Virus genome (UHGV): UHGV-0205572 | Direction: 5' to 3' (one strand) | DNA length: 5,746 nt | Origin: a virus | In this document: positions 5,477 to 5,746 of the stretch, one piece after another | How the letters are laid out: every line of letters begins with the position of its first letter | Position numbering within the stretch: the first letter of the stretch is position 1 | Translations under genes and position numbers: made by a program | The notes under the pieces: generated by a model | What the model saw: the letters and a program-made list of their open reading frames with translations, nothing else | Databases searched by the model: none | What the model was told of the DNA's origin: nothing

Positions 5477-5640
5477 GCTTTTTCTCCTTTAAATGTTATT
5501 TCGGTGTTTAAAAGTTCTTCCATTGCCTTTCCAAGTTTTTCTTTATCAATAATTCCCCCGTCTTCTTCTTGGGTGTCTTTTAGATGAAGGTATTCTTTTA
5601 ATAGGCACTGATAAATTTGTATGATTGAACCTGCTTTCAT
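5473..5640 (-). CDS. Hypothetical acidic protein ORF55, 55 aa, MKAGSIIQIYQCLLKEYLHLKDTQEEDGGIIDKEKLGKAMEELLNTEITFKGEKA
   Basis: Translated by hand. SD AAGGAG lies 8 nt before the ATG, and its TGA overlaps the VP8 ATG (ATGA). Confidence 0.75.
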   Translation of the reverse strand: MKAGSIIQIYQCLLKEYLHLKDTQEEDGGIIDKEKLGKAMEELLNTEITFKGEKA

Positions 5641-5746
5641 AGTTTATACTCCTTATAATTCCATTCGATTATGGCTTTTTCTTCTTTTATTCTAATTGTA
5701 TGTAAAGTTTTCCTATATATTCTAATGTTGTTTCCATTGTTAAACC

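Larger units (their letters stand above)
1..5746 (-). mobile_element. Microviridae (gokushovirus-like) ssDNA bacteriophage genome, probably complete and circular
   Basis: VP1, VP2, VP3, VP4, VP5 and VP8-like genes are co-oriented and tightly packed. The size fits a microvirus, no host genes are visible, and an RCR origin hairpin is present. An SD-led ORF starting at 86 runs off position 1 and closes 7 nt after wrapping to 5746. Confidence 0.96.

Overview
The window looks like a complete or near-complete, probably circular, ~5.7 kb Microviridae (gokushovirus-like) ssDNA phage genome with all credible genes on the minus strand. The order in the coding direction is VP4 (Rep, 1909-842), a 260-nt structured non-coding region, VP5, ORF80, ORF30 (crosses the window ends), ORF55, VP8, VP3, ORF64, VP1 (capsid), ORF92, VP2 (pilot), ORF59, then the origin hairpin. 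I found four short genes by hand that the ORF track misses: VP8, ORF30, ORF55 and ORF59. Four observations stand out. (1) The phiX174-like nick site CCACTTGATA is on the non-coding strand, suggesting antisense-strand packaging. (2) An in-frame T_TTA_AAG slippery heptamer at the VP2 stop could fuse VP2 to the pilot-like ORF59. (3) The origin hairpin also reads as a terminator with a competing three-way junction upstream of rep. (4) Inverted dif-like sites flank a branched stem-loop, resembling a CTXphi-type folded attP. All calls come from manual motif reading; no searches or folding programs were run.
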